Both the position numbers and the translations under genes were made by a program. Below the pieces are notes generated by a model, which was given only the letters and a program-made list of their open reading frames with translations, did not search any database and was not told the DNA's origin. Below are positions 37,454-49,713 of a stretch of DNA of 64,000 bases, piece after piece. Source of the stretch: a virus (Duplodnaviria; Heunggongvirae; Uroviricota; Caudoviricetes). Position 1 is the stretch's first letter; every line of letters begins with the position of its first letter. The stretch is from positions 5,905 to 69,904 of IMG/VR virus record IMGVR_UViG_3300021399_000001. The stretch is one strand, 5' to 3'.

Positions 37454-38596
37454 ATGGAGCTGTTGAATTTCATGAATACCCACTCCGACTGGAAGACTCT
37501 GCTCGCGGCTGAACCCTACTGTCTGGATATTCGTGAGGACGAAATTGATGGTGTGCATTACTTTCTTTTAAAGTATAATATGATTTTGTCTGATATGAGC
37601 TTGCGTGTAGTGCAGGAAGCTCGTGGTTCCATCTTTCGTCAGAACGAAGAAGGTTATTGGACTTGTGTTTGCTATCCGTTTGATAAGTTCTTTAACTATG
37701 GGGAGCAGTATTCTGCGGTGAACAACATTGACTGGACTACTGCGTCTGTTCAGCAGAAGGTTGATGGTTCTCTTATCAAGATTTGGTGGGACTATGATGG
37801 TTGGATTATTTCTACTAATGGTTCCATTGATGCGTTTAAGGCTGAGTGCGGCGATACCACCTATGGTAAGTTAGTTGAAGAAGTAATTGACCGTATTCCT
37901 GATTTCTTTAAGATGCTTGACCGCGACTACACCTATATGTTTGAACTTACTTCTCCGTACAATCATATCGTTGTGCGCTATGAGGGTATTAATCTTTGGT
38001 ATCTTGGTCGGCGCAACATTTTAAATTACGAAGAGGACCGTGAACATTTGCGGCTGGAAGGCTTGCTATACCCCGAAGTGTATCCCCATCATTCTCTTGC
38101 AGAATGTATTGCGGCAGCTCATGAAATGGGCGATGACGAAGAGGGTTATGTTGTGTGCGATGCGCACTTCAATCGCATTAAGATCAAGGGTGACGAATAT
38201 CTTGCTCTCCATAAGATGCGTGGTAATGGCCCGCTGACTGTTCTGCGCGTAGTAGAAATGTGGCAGAACGAAACCCTAGATGATTTCGTTGCTTACTATC
38301 CCGAGTTCAAGGATTTTGTTGATAATGTAATTCAGCATATTCGCTATTACATTGAAGTGTGTGATACTGCCTTCAAGGTAGTGTCTAGCGTTGTTGGCGC
38401 AATGGGCGAACGTCGTGATTTTGCGATGTATGCCAATACTTATATGCCTATTGTGCGGGCGTACCTCTATGCGCGACTAGACGAAAAGGTAGAGAATGCT
38501 ACTACCTATTTTGTAAAGATGCGGCCGCGTTCCTTGGCTTCTCATTTAGCGGCAGAATTGGATAAGGTACAAGCGGGAGTAGAGGAAGATGAATAA
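37454..38596 (+). CDS. RNA ligase, T4 Rnl1 family
   Basis: KFFNYGE, KVDGS (motif I), FEL, EGYVV and RIKIK motifs. Confidence 0.9.
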   Translation: MELLNFMNTHSDWKTLLAAEPYCLDIREDEIDGVHYFLLKYNMILSDMSLRVVQEARGSIFRQNEEGYWTCVCYPFDKFFNYGEQYSAVNNIDWTTASVQQKVDGSLIKIWWDYDGWIISTNGSIDAFKAECGDTTYGKLVEEVIDRIPDFFKMLDRDYTYMFELTSPYNHIVVRYEGINLWYLGRRNILNYEEDREHLRLEGLLYPEVYPHHSLAECIAAAHEMGDDEEGYVVCDAHFNRIKIKGDEYLALHKMRGNGPLTVLRVVEMWQNETLDDFVAYYPEFKDFVDNVIQHIRYYIEVCDTAFKVVSSVVGAMGERRDFAMYANTYMPIVRAYLYARLDEKVENATTYFVKMRPRSLASHLAAELDKVQAGVEEDE

Positions 38597-41500
38597 GTAC
38601 ATAGTAGAGTTGTTAATAAAATTATATTTTATGGTTGTATGTGGATTAGGAATTATTTATAACATCACAGAGTTAATAAAAGTAATTAAGAGGTATAAAA
38701 ATAATTAAATGGAAAAAGCAGTTTGGTTACGAATAGGAGCAGTAGCTTATTGTAGTTACTGTAGTTGCTGCGTATCTCAACGAGAAGCAGAAGTTTATAA
38801 ATATTGTCCACGATGTGAACATGAAATAGAGGCAATAGTAGATGAACATTGAGTGTCCATATTGTGGCGGCCGCATGACACTAAAAGAAGTACCAAATAT
38901 GAAATGTAAGTCATATTATTGTGAAAATTGCATTGCGATTATTCATCTTACGCACTATGATGAAGAATATGTAAAAGAATTTCTCAATACTATTAAAAAG
39001 AAGAAGGATAAAGTAGAATGAATAGAGCAGATGATTTAATTCCACGGGCTGCGGCAATTGAAGCGTTCGACGATGAGCGCGTGGAGCGGAATTATGGTGA
39101 TGTAAGTCCTGAAAGCGTAATCAGGGTTATTGAATCCATTCCTACCGTTGACGCTGCGCCAATGACGTATGGGCAATGGATCGAAAAAAGATGGATGACA
39201 GAATGTGATTGGTGCGTGATAAATCACAGAGCGTTGGTGTGTACTGCATGTAACATTGAAATAGCCGATGGTGAAAAAACACCATATTGCCCATACTGTG
39301 GAGCTAAAATGGAGGCAAAGAATGAATAGGTTATATGTACCAGCTGATATTCAATGTTTTTGGTGTAATGGTCATATGCAAGAAAAGGGTGCTACTTGTA
39401 TGGGTAGTGGCCTAAATTGCGTATCATATTTCTGCAAAGATTGCGGCGGAATAGCGCATTTTGCGCGCCATGATGATAGAATTATTAAGACTTTTACTAT
39501 AGGCTATGATATGAGTGAAAAACCTAAGGAAAAAACTGTTAGCCATTGGCTAGATGATAGTGATGACCTCCCTCCTATTGGAGGTTTCCATGAATGATTA
39601 TTGCCCTTGGTGCTCTGCTCCAGAAACTAATTGTCCTCATTGGATAGGAGTCGATTGTGAATTAATAGAAAAAGAAATAAATTTTAAAGCATTAGAAAGG
39701 TATTTATTAAAGGTGCGTAAAGATGAATAAGATTGTAGAAATCCTTATGCGGCGAGATGGCATCTCGCGGCTTGAAGCTGAAAGCCTTGTAGAAGAATGT
39801 AAAGAAGAGGCATGGGATGCGGCTGCCCGTGGAAATTATCAAGAATGCGAAGATATTATTGCTTTGTATTTAGGTTTGGAACTTGATTATCTTGACGAAA
39901 TGCTATGGTAATATTGAAAATTATATATCATATTATTTTAGATATTTTTGGCGCTTATATTGGATTTAAAATAGGAATATGGTTGGAGGAGATACTATGA
40001 AAAAGATAATTTCAATTTTAATTATATTAATTATATTTATTTTTATGCTATGCAGTTGCTCCACACCAGAAGATAGGGATTTACAGGATGGAATATGCAA
40101 TACTTGCGGTGGAAATTGGCGTTATAAAGAAACTTACAATTTAGTATCTACACGGTATCTATATCAATGTGATTACTGTGGAAAAGAAATATTAACTTAT
40201 AAATGGTGGGGCAAATAATGAAAAAGATAATTTCAATTTTAACCCTGGTTATTCTTATAGGAACATTGCTATGTGGCTGCTCTCACAAAACCTATACCGA
40301 TGGTAGCAAAACAATGTATAATTATTTTGTTTTAATTCGTGTAGACAACGACCCAATAGCAGGTGACACCAGATTAGCATACGATAAAAATACAAAAATT
40401 GTTTATTTATTCGCAGGGTACGGCATGTCTCCTTACTATATCGTTGTAGATGGGAACCTACTATCGCAATTTATGGAGTAAATTATGAATATCAAGAACA
40501 GAATTATTAAATGGCTTGGCGGCTACACTCAAAATGAACTTATAGAGCAAAAGAAAATTGAATTTTGCCGCACAGAAAAGCAAATTTTTCCTATTACTGT
40601 GGAGTTTGCTGTTGACGCACAATATGGAAAACCAGATTCTGATAGACTAGAAGCAATTAAACATAATCTCTGTCGTCAAGCAGCAAATTTTATGTTTAAA
40701 CATAATTTACTTTATTATGATTTTTATTATGATGAAGTAAGTAATTGCTATATTATGCGCGCGAAAGCATATGTGAGGGAACCATAATGACATTTACAAA
40801 TAAAGAAACAAAAATTATTCGTTCAATTATAGTAGCATTTGTTCCGATGGCAGAAGAAGCAATAGAAGCAGCATTTTTTAATATTGAAAAAGATCCAGAT
40901 AAATATTTTCGTTTTGTGGATGCTCTTCATGCTGCAAAGGGAATATTAAATAAAATTGATAGGACAACAGAATTATGATAGCACTGAATAGAGAAATGCC
41001 TAAAAATTGTCTGGAATGTCCTTGCATGGGAACATATGATATACTTAATGATAAGAATGAAATGTATATGCTTCGTATATGTCATGGTAATTATATGACT
41101 ATTTATCAAACTACTAGAGCCCAATATGACGAAAATAAAGATATTCAACAAGAATGGGCGAGTTTACCACGACCAGAATGGTGCCCTTGGATAGATGTAG
41201 GAGATGCAGGTTTAAAGTGGGCAATGACTTATCCAGATGACTATGACGACGAAGAACGATGGCATCATAATATGGCTGGCTTTGGAGGAGATTATTAATG
41301 ACATTACGGAATTGTCCACTTTGCGGGAAAAATCATATGCGTCATTTTGAAGAAGGAGTAGCGCGCCGCGATGAATATGGTGCAATGTGGTTCACAGAAA
41401 AAACTGAAAAATTTATTGAATGCCTTACTTGCGGACATTCAGCTTCTGGATGGGAAGAAGAAGAGGCTGAAGAAGAATGGAATACAAAAGAACCTGATGA

Positions 41501-43991
41501 ATGGGAATTAAGGTGGTGGAAAAAGAAATGCGGTATGTAAAAAAGCCGATTGCTGTTGAAGCAGTTCAATGGACTGGTCATAATTTTGATCAAGTATGTA
41601 ATTTTATAACTAATGCGCCAGTAGTAATTATGGCAAATAATGATTTAGTTATCTCCACTCTTGAAGGGGATATGCACGCGCCAGCTGGCAGTTACATTAT
41701 TCGCGGCGAACCATATCATGAATATTATCCTTGCCGCCGCGAAGTGTTTGAGGCTACATATGAGCCTGTGGAGGAATAAATGTCTTATTATAGAAGAGAA
41801 TACTCAAAATCCTTTGACTGGGAATTTTTAGCTATTGCTATTATTCTTTTAATTGTATTATATCTTATGCGTTCTTGTGCGAGTGAAAGTTTATGGAATA
41901 ATGGTATTTGCTCCTATTGTGGTGGTCATTATAAATTTCAACAGGCTATTGGCCATAATCATTATACTGAATATATGTATACTTGTGATAAATGCGGCCA
42001 TAGTATTGAAGTGGCACAACATTATCCGGAGGTCAACAATGAATGAAGAATTAATCTATCGCCGCGATTGCAATTTATTTGCTGAATCACTTGATTATGA
42101 AGGTATAATTCATGACACGATGGCAGAATATGGATTTACTTGGCTTAATAATAAAGGTGAACAAGATGACCCTGACCATATTTTTGATTTCGCATGTGCG
42201 ATACTACAAAAAGCGCAAAATGTAATTGATAGCGCAGATACAATTGCCTATGAAAAAAACTTTGTTTCTGCTGATGGTACAATAACTACTTACTTAACTT
42301 ATGAAGAAAATGATAATGAACAAGAATATTAAAGATTATATTGAGCAAGCAGATTATAATGAACTTCTTGACATTATGGAGTGCGCGAATAATCATATTT
42401 TAAATCTTGTTGCTGTAAAAGAAAATCCTTGGGAATGGTTAATGTATGTAATGAGGGTGGCCGCGGATTATAAAGAACGCTTACATCTTGTGCCCGCACC
42501 ACAAGAACAATATCATTGTAATTGTACGAGTAATAATTATGAATAAGTATGTAATAGAAAATATATTTTCTTTAAAGATAATAAGTAAGGAGACGGGAGA
42601 GGTTTTAGCTGAATGGAAACCTCTGATGATAAATGAAAATGATTACACATTTAGTAAAGAAGCCGATAGGTTATATTTGCGGCAATTGTCGCATGAAACA
42701 GCAGGAAATTAAAGAAACCTGCTGGTTTTGTGGTTATTTTTTCTCTAATTATGAAATAGTGTTGTTAGAAAATTATAAGGAGCAGAATAATGAAGCTTTT
42801 GAGCAATGAATTAAGTAATAAGTATCAATATAAAAAGTTACCTGAAAAATTAAGTAGTATTGCTCAAAATATCTATACTGAAACTATTCCTACTTTTTTA
42901 CTTACGACAGCGAGCGCTCATCCTCTTTATACTATAAATGGTTCTTTAATTTGTAACGGTTATGATAGAATTGTTATAGGCGATTATGGCGCTTATATTG
43001 AATTTTCTTCAGAACAAGCAAATAAAGATTTATTTATTATCGCACCGGGGCAAGAATATAGACTTGAACCACGTTATAGTAATGTAAAATATATTTGGCT
43101 AACAATAGATGATGGAAGCCAAATAAAAATTTATTATCAAAAGAATACAGTTTCTTATGCTGATTATAAACCTCAATATTACTATATAAGTGTTTATGAA
43201 GCATATCCAGAAATAATTACTAATTTAATTGGAGGACAAAATGATTAAAGTAAAAGATTTTGATAGTGCCAGAGGGCTTGAGTATATTATTAACCGCTAT
43301 CATATTAAACGAGAAGATATTATTGATATAAAATGGGCAGCAACTAGTCATTGCAGTACCTATGGTCTGATACTCTATGAAGCGCCAATAGAATCATCTA
43401 TACATGAAGAAAATTGTATTACTTCTTCAGATTTTACTTATAGGGGGTTTGGATTATAATATGTTTAAAGTAAAATATTTTGACAATGAAAAAACATTAG
43501 AATACCTTCTAAATACTTATTGTGAAGATAGACATGATATTGTAGATATTATTTTTTCTTGCAATCATACGGGTAGTCACGGCTATCTCATTTATGAAAC
43601 TGATGAGGTATTTAATCCAGATTACTATCAAAAAAATATTTGACAAATTCCCCAATTTCTGCTATAATTATTATAGTAAAGAGAGAGGGGATAATTCATT
43701 ATGGAAATCATGAAGGCTACTACCGCTCATGAAATGACTATGAAGACTATTGAAGAAAAGCGTGTCCGTATGTTGGATATAATGAAGACTCGCATTATAA
43801 CTAATATTTCTTTAGGCAAGTTTGAATGTGATTTTATTATTGACTCTCCTGCTATTCAAGATGAAATGTTTGATTACTTTGTTGCTCGTGGTTATGCGGT
43901 ACGTTTTTCACCGGCGGGTAAGCGGCATACTCTAGAGTGTCCGGATAGCCGCGTTATGACTATTTCTTGGGAGGATGCTGTCAGTGAGTAA
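38591..43991 (+). CDS. Dense run of small hypothetical ORFs, many with CxxC Zn ribbons (e.g. 39018-39329, 39322-39597, 39979-40218, 40975-41298, 41780-42046, 42790-43248, 43701-43991)
   Basis: Overlapping or abutting ORFs with GGAG RBS in the ORF track. Confidence 0.65.
41298..41540 (+). CDS. Lar-like restriction alleviation Zn-ribbon protein
   Basis: LRNCPLCG...IECLTCG...EEAEEEWN matches the Lar-family pattern CPFCG...C..CG...A...WN. Confidence 0.55.
   Translation: MTLRNCPLCGKNHMRHFEEGVARRDEYGAMWFTEKTEKFIECLTCGHSASGWEEEEAEEEWNTKEPDEWELRWWKKKCGM
41528..41779 (+). CDS. PGDYG-like phage protein
   Basis: YVKKPIAVEAVQW...TLEGDMHA..GSYIIRG...YPCRREVFEATYE. Confidence 0.6.
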   Translation: MRYVKKPIAVEAVQWTGHNFDQVCNFITNAPVVIMANNDLVISTLEGDMHAPAGSYIIRGEPYHEYYPCRREVFEATYEPVEE

Positions 43992-44344
43992 ATATTGTTG
44001 TGTTTGCGGGCGCGAAATTGTAACTGATTTGCCCTATTATTGTGAAGGCTATAATACCTTCACTTGTTCTAATGATTGTCATAATATGCATCGTTGGGAC
44101 GTACTTGCTGCGCGATTCAATGTAGAGGGACAGCATACCTATTTTGTGGTTAATAATCATCTTTATGAAATAGGTGATGAAAGAGATGAACCACAAGGAA
44201 TGGGCGGCCAGTATTATGTAATACAATTTGAAGATGGAACTATACGTGATACACATTCACTTTGGTTTATCGCGGATATCCCAGAATCCAAGCGTAACAT
44301 TTTTAAGCAAAACGTGCGCCTTATGCAGAAAGGATAAATAGATT

Positions 44345-45235
44345 ATGTCTAAGACTTGTTTTTATATGGTTATGGGTTTGCCTGGTTCTGGTAAGACTTA
44401 TTGGGCTTATAATGAGGCTCGCCCTTATGATGTCGTGTTGGATAGCGATGAAATTCGCTTTGAAGAATATGGTGACGCGGAATGCCAGGATGACCCTGCC
44501 CGTATTTTCAACATTATGTTTCAGCGCACTCGTGCCGCTTTGCATGCCAGCCGTGATGTTTATTATGTTGCGACTAATCTTTCCTCTCGTCGTCGTATGA
44601 ATCTCGTGAGATCCTTGAAGAAGATGTTTCCTGATATTCATTATTATTGTGTAGTCATGGCTACTCCTATTGATATTTGCCATGAGCGTAACGCCGCGCG
44701 CGAGCGAGTAGTTCCTGCATATGTTATTGATCGTATGCTGCGACAGTTTGAAATGCCGCTTGAAGGCGAAGGATGGGATAAGATTCTCGTCAATTATGAC
44801 TATGCGCCCAATTATGATATGGACTATTATCGCCATTCTTATGCCTGTCTTGTAGAAGAACATGGAGAACAGGGTAATAGTCATCATACTCTTACTTTAC
44901 AGGAGCATTGTTATGCTTGTGGAGACGTCGCTTTTATGCAGGGAAGTAGTCCTGATATTGTGCGGGCAGCTTATTTACATGATTATGGTAAGGTTTGGAC
45001 TGCTATCCGCTGGGAGAAGGATGATTATAAGGAAGTCCATTATCCTAATCATGCAAATGTAGGCGCATATATGGCTCTTACTATGGGCTATAGCGCTCAT
45101 ATAGCACAGCTTATAGCTTATCATATGATACCTTATACTGACCAGAAGTGTCAGGATGCTTGGCGTTCTCGTATGGGCGAAGAATTTTGGAAGGAGGTAG
45201 TGGAACTTCATCGTTATGATGAAGCTGCGCATTAA
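44345..45235 (+). CDS. Polynucleotide kinase-like P-loop kinase fused to an HD domain
   Basis: GLPGSGKT, LDSD, YVATNLS, RNAARERVVP; then EHC...AAYLHDYGK...HANVGAY. Confidence 0.85.
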   Translation: MSKTCFYMVMGLPGSGKTYWAYNEARPYDVVLDSDEIRFEEYGDAECQDDPARIFNIMFQRTRAALHASRDVYYVATNLSSRRRMNLVRSLKKMFPDIHYYCVVMATPIDICHERNAARERVVPAYVIDRMLRQFEMPLEGEGWDKILVNYDYAPNYDMDYYRHSYACLVEEHGEQGNSHHTLTLQEHCYACGDVAFMQGSSPDIVRAAYLHDYGKVWTAIRWEKDDYKEVHYPNHANVGAYMALTMGYSAHIAQLIAYHMIPYTDQKCQDAWRSRMGEEFWKEVVELHRYDEAAH

Positions 45236-45400
45236 AGTTCATATGAATAAACATGAATCTTGTATTTATTATCTCTTTAAAGAGTGTTTTAATAATACAG
45301 AATGGTTTAAACATACAAATTATCCCACTTTATTGGGAATGAAAAATATGCTTACTGAGCTACTAGAAAAAATTGATAGAGAAATGGATAGGTATGAATA

Positions 45401-45941
45401 ATGACATATTATAGTCGCGAAATTCTTGAACAGTATCTTAAAGATACTCGTTTAAATAAGATTTTAGATATTATAGATGAAACTGAGCCATATTTAACAG
45501 AAGGCAAAACGGTCCCGGCAAATATTAAAGTACGTTTTTGCCGCGATTGTCCTTTGTTTGATATAAATGGTATTCAGCCTGACCCTGGTATTATTCATGG
45601 CCGGTGCCTTCGCTTTTCAGATGAACACGTGCCTTACTATGTTCGTGTAGATGACACGGATTTTTGTAATGAGGATAAAATAGAAAATGAAATACTATAG
45701 TGAAGATGATGTGCGCGAATTGGTAAGTGAGATAGAAAGTATGTATCTTTTCGCGCACTCTACTCCTGTTAATATTCGCTTTTGCCGTGACTGTCCTTAC
45801 TTTATTAGTGATTATATTCCTGACGAAGATGGGCGATATAGCGGATGGTGTGAATGGCGTTCTGAAAGTGAAGAAGGTTGGCATTACGAAGTCATGGAAG
45901 ACAGTTTTTGCAATGAGGATGATATAGTAGATGTATATTAG
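45401..45941 (+). CDS. Tandem paralogous Cys-rich proteins (45401-45700, 45687-45941)
   Basis: Both show YYS...NI(K/R)..FCRDCP...C...FCNED. Confidence 0.7.
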
Positions 45942-48257
45942 TTTAGTTATGTGTTTATTTATCATATTCTTTGTAATTTATGAAAGCACACATGATGGTG
46001 GTTGGCCAGGAGGCCGTGCATAGTGGAAGTTTTGGCTAATAAGTACCCAGGTATTATGATAATATGTGAAGGGTGTGGCGCTGTTTTAGCAAACATCCAA
46101 CGAAGTGATATTTATGGTTCAAATTTGGTATACTGCCCGCTATGTAAATTTCAAAATGTTTTAGAATATGATAAAAATTATGAAGGGGAAGTAAAAAGTG
46201 ATTCTTGATTTAATCGCGTGGGGTTTCGCGGTCGGAGCCTTATTTAGCACTGTATATTTTCTTGTCCAAGACCGTTGGTTTTGGAGCACTTTGAGTGTTG
46301 TATTCGCGGCCGCAATGATTGATTTTGGTATCTTATTGATGCCTTTTTGAGGTGATAGTTATGTATGAACCTAATTATGCTACTTTTATGCCACAGGGAT
46401 GGGAGTGTCCACGATGCCATAGAATATACAGCCCATCACAACCTTTTTGTTTATATTGTAATGACAGGAGAATTACATACGGGTCCACAACCGCTACTCC
46501 TGAATGGATATATAAAGAAGATACTACAACTGGCTCATATCCGTCTTATGCTAAATATGGGTCTATAACTATAGATGATTTTTTACGTCGTGATTACTAT
46601 GATGACGAAGATTTATGGGGTAAGCCACTATGACAGGTTATGGATTAGCGCGATGCCCTTGCTGTGGGGTAGAATTAGCAGTATGGTATGATGAATTAAC
46701 TGGCACTAGTCTATCTATTCCAGTATTTAATACAATAAATGGTCAGCCATCCTCTTACATTAAAGATTTCATGACAAATCCAGATATATATGGCTTAGAG
46801 AAAGCTATACAAGCAAGCGAAGAAGCAAGATTACGAATGCTTGTAGACGCGCAAAACAGTGTTCCACAACAAGGAGTGATAGAAAATGTTGATAGACAAA
46901 AATTTTCAAATTAATACAGAAACATTGAAGAGAATTGATAAGTTTCTTCTCGTTTGTAAAGAGTGTATAACAATAAATGGTATTAATATTCAAACCATTC
47001 CGATGTTTATTTTTGATAGTTATCGGGATGCATTTAATTATATGATGATGCTTAAACCACCTATTAATAGCACTGTTATTAGTGATACGCGAAACGATGA
47101 GGGGCGGTCTATTAAATACACCATTGATCATGACGATAATGTACTTGAACGTGAACGTATATATTATGTACAAACTATTGTATATAAGTAAATAATATTT
47201 TAATATATTTGTAAATTATTTAATAGACTATAAAGGAGACGAATAATGATTACTTCCGCAGCATGTCGTGTAACCCTGGCTAATGGCGAACGTGTTACTT
47301 TACGTTGTCACAGACATTGTGATGTATTTGAAACGTTAAAGTTACTTCATGTAGATTATGATAAAGCAACCGTAGAACAGGGCTTTATTGATTGGAATCC
47401 AATAGAAGAAAAAGAAGAATTTGTTTCGCGCGTGGAAGCCTTTAAGCGAGCGCAATGGGCGGATCAAATTCCAAAATGGAAAGCATTAACTGAGTTATTT
47501 TCGGAGGATTTGTATTAATATGAAGTATCCAATGAGACTGCTTGAAAATGAAGATTATTACAAGGATGGAATTGATTCACAAGCCCTATGTTGGGATTAT
47601 GACAATTTTAAGGGAAAATTTAGAGTAAGCGATTTATGCGAGTGCCCAGAAGATGCTATTATAGGTCGTGATTTATTCACAGCAGATGATTTTATTGATG
47701 CTGTGCGTTTCGGTATGGATTTAGCAAAGAAGGGATACACTGATGTTGATGTAACTCGTTTTACTTATACCGACAGAGAGGAATATTGTGACAATTTATA
47801 AGGAGAGAAAATGTTATTAATTATTACTTTAGCTGTCATATTTATACTTAATATAATATTAATATATTGTAATCATGAGTTCTGGGATGAAGATTTAATA
47901 GACATATTCGCAAGTATTTTTAGTATTATTGGCGGTATCACACTATTTTTAACATCAGTGTTTCTTATCACCATCCTCTGTGCTGCTCCTATTAATCAAG
48001 CGGAGTATGAAGAACGTTACTATAAACTAGAACAAAAGGTGCAGCACATTGATTCTTTTAATAAGGAAGAAATTATAAAAGAAGTAGATAAATGGAATAA
48101 TGATTATCGTGCGAATATTCATGGCGCCAATTCCCCTTGGGTGAATTGGTTTTACACAATTGATACTAGCACTACAAATTTGATAGAAGTTAATTATTGA
48201 CTTTTATAAGAAATTATTGTATAATATATACATAAAAAAGAAAAGGAGAAAAATATT

Positions 48258-48830
48258 ATGAATAACTTTTTTAATGGTATGTTTGGTAAGGTAAAGAATG
48301 GCATGTGCCGTATTTCTATGGACGGTAAGATTGCAATTAGCACCCCTAATGGTTATAAGACATATGATGTGAATACGGGTTCGCTAGTAAACTGTGATGA
48401 TTTTGCTTTTGATATTGGGCAGGATTTCTTCTTTATTATTCCAACCAATAAGGTTCAGAAGGGCGATATTATTCTTGCAGGTGGCAAGCCTTGTTGTGTA
48501 ATTGATGAAATGCCTAATTCTCTAAAGGTTCTTCGTTATGAAGATGGCGCAATTCAGGAAGTAGCTATTGAAAAGCATTTCTTTATGGGAAAGCAGTACT
48601 TCTATGGTAAGATTGTTTCTATGTTTGGTAATCTTGCTAAGGATGGAAACATGAATAACATGATGAAGTATATGATGATGTCTGAAATGTTTAAGGGCGG
48701 TAACAGTTTCGGTGGAAATAATTCTGTACTACCAATGATGATGTTTATGAATGGCGGCATGGGCAACATGTTTGATGGAATGTTTGATTTTGGCAACGAT
48801 GCAACTGCTGAAGAGGATAAGGAGGCTTAA
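48258..48830 (+). CDS. Hypothetical protein with Met/Gly/Asn-rich C-terminus, first gene of the vWA operon
   Basis: 190 aa, own promoter at about 48198. Confidence 0.7.
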   Translation: MNNFFNGMFGKVKNGMCRISMDGKIAISTPNGYKTYDVNTGSLVNCDDFAFDIGQDFFFIIPTNKVQKGDIILAGGKPCCVIDEMPNSLKVLRYEDGAIQEVAIEKHFFMGKQYFYGKIVSMFGNLAKDGNMNNMMKYMMMSEMFKGGNSFGGNNSVLPMMMFMNGGMGNMFDGMFDFGNDATAEEDKEA

Positions 48831-48836
48831 TTAATT

Positions 48837-49694
48837 ATGGGTGGCGGATATTGGGATACTAATACTGTAACTGCTTATACCACGGCTAATTATGGTGTAA
48901 AGGACATTAGAGATCTTGGTACTTTTAGAGTACAAGATGTTTATCGCGCAAATCACCTTGATTCTATGCTTAATCCCAAGAATGTTGTAAGAGAATGCTG
49001 TGACAGTGAAGACCATCCACATTCCCTCCCTATTATTCTTGCGCTTGATGTTACCGGAAGTATGGGACATGCCGCCACAATGTGTGCGGCTAAACTGGAT
49101 GAAATTATGACAGAGCTTTATAAGAATAATAAGGATGTAGAGTTCTGTGTTATGGGAATTGGCGATCTGGCCTGTGATGATGCACCTCTTCAGGTAACTC
49201 AATTTGAAAGTGATATCCGAATCCTAGACCAGACCACTAAAATTTATTTTGAAGGCGGTGGCGGTGGCAACGGGTATGAATCTTACACCCAGGCATGGTA
49301 TTTCGGACTACATAATTGTAAGCTAGATTGTTGGAATCGTGGAGGAAGAGGTATCATTATCACTCTTGGAGATGAACCTTTGAATCCTTATCTCCCCTAC
49401 CGTCAGCTTCGTAATACAATCGGCGGAGAGATTTTGCATGATGTAGAGACTAAGCAGCTTTATAAGGAAGCCTGTGAAAAGTTTGAAATTTATCATATTG
49501 CAATCACGGATGAAAGTTCTTATAATTGGTATAAGGACCAAATTAATGATACTTGGGCTCCGCTACTAGGCTCTAATTTTATTACGGCTGAAAGCAAGCA
49601 ACTACCACAAATCATTTCTGGTATCGTAAATAATTATTCTTGTGTCGCAGCTAGTGACCCAGTAGTATTTAATGACGAAGGCATCTCTTGGTAA
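48837..49694 (+). CDS. von Willebrand factor A domain protein
   Basis: LALDVTGSM (MIDAS DxTxS), GGGGNGYES, IITLGDE. Confidence 0.8.
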   Translation: MGGGYWDTNTVTAYTTANYGVKDIRDLGTFRVQDVYRANHLDSMLNPKNVVRECCDSEDHPHSLPIILALDVTGSMGHAATMCAAKLDEIMTELYKNNKDVEFCVMGIGDLACDDAPLQVTQFESDIRILDQTTKIYFEGGGGGNGYESYTQAWYFGLHNCKLDCWNRGGRGIIITLGDEPLNPYLPYRQLRNTIGGEILHDVETKQLYKEACEKFEIYHIAITDESSYNWYKDQINDTWAPLLGSNFITAESKQLPQIISGIVNNYSCVAASDPVVFNDEGISW

Positions 49695-49713
49695 TAAAAT
49701 AAAGGAGTAGTTT

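Noticed and set aside
41528-41779. Tad2/DUF2829 anti-Thoeris protein
   Set aside because: Lacks the F.EAL...R.GWNGK and SQ.D.LA.DW motifs; fits the PGDYG-like family better.
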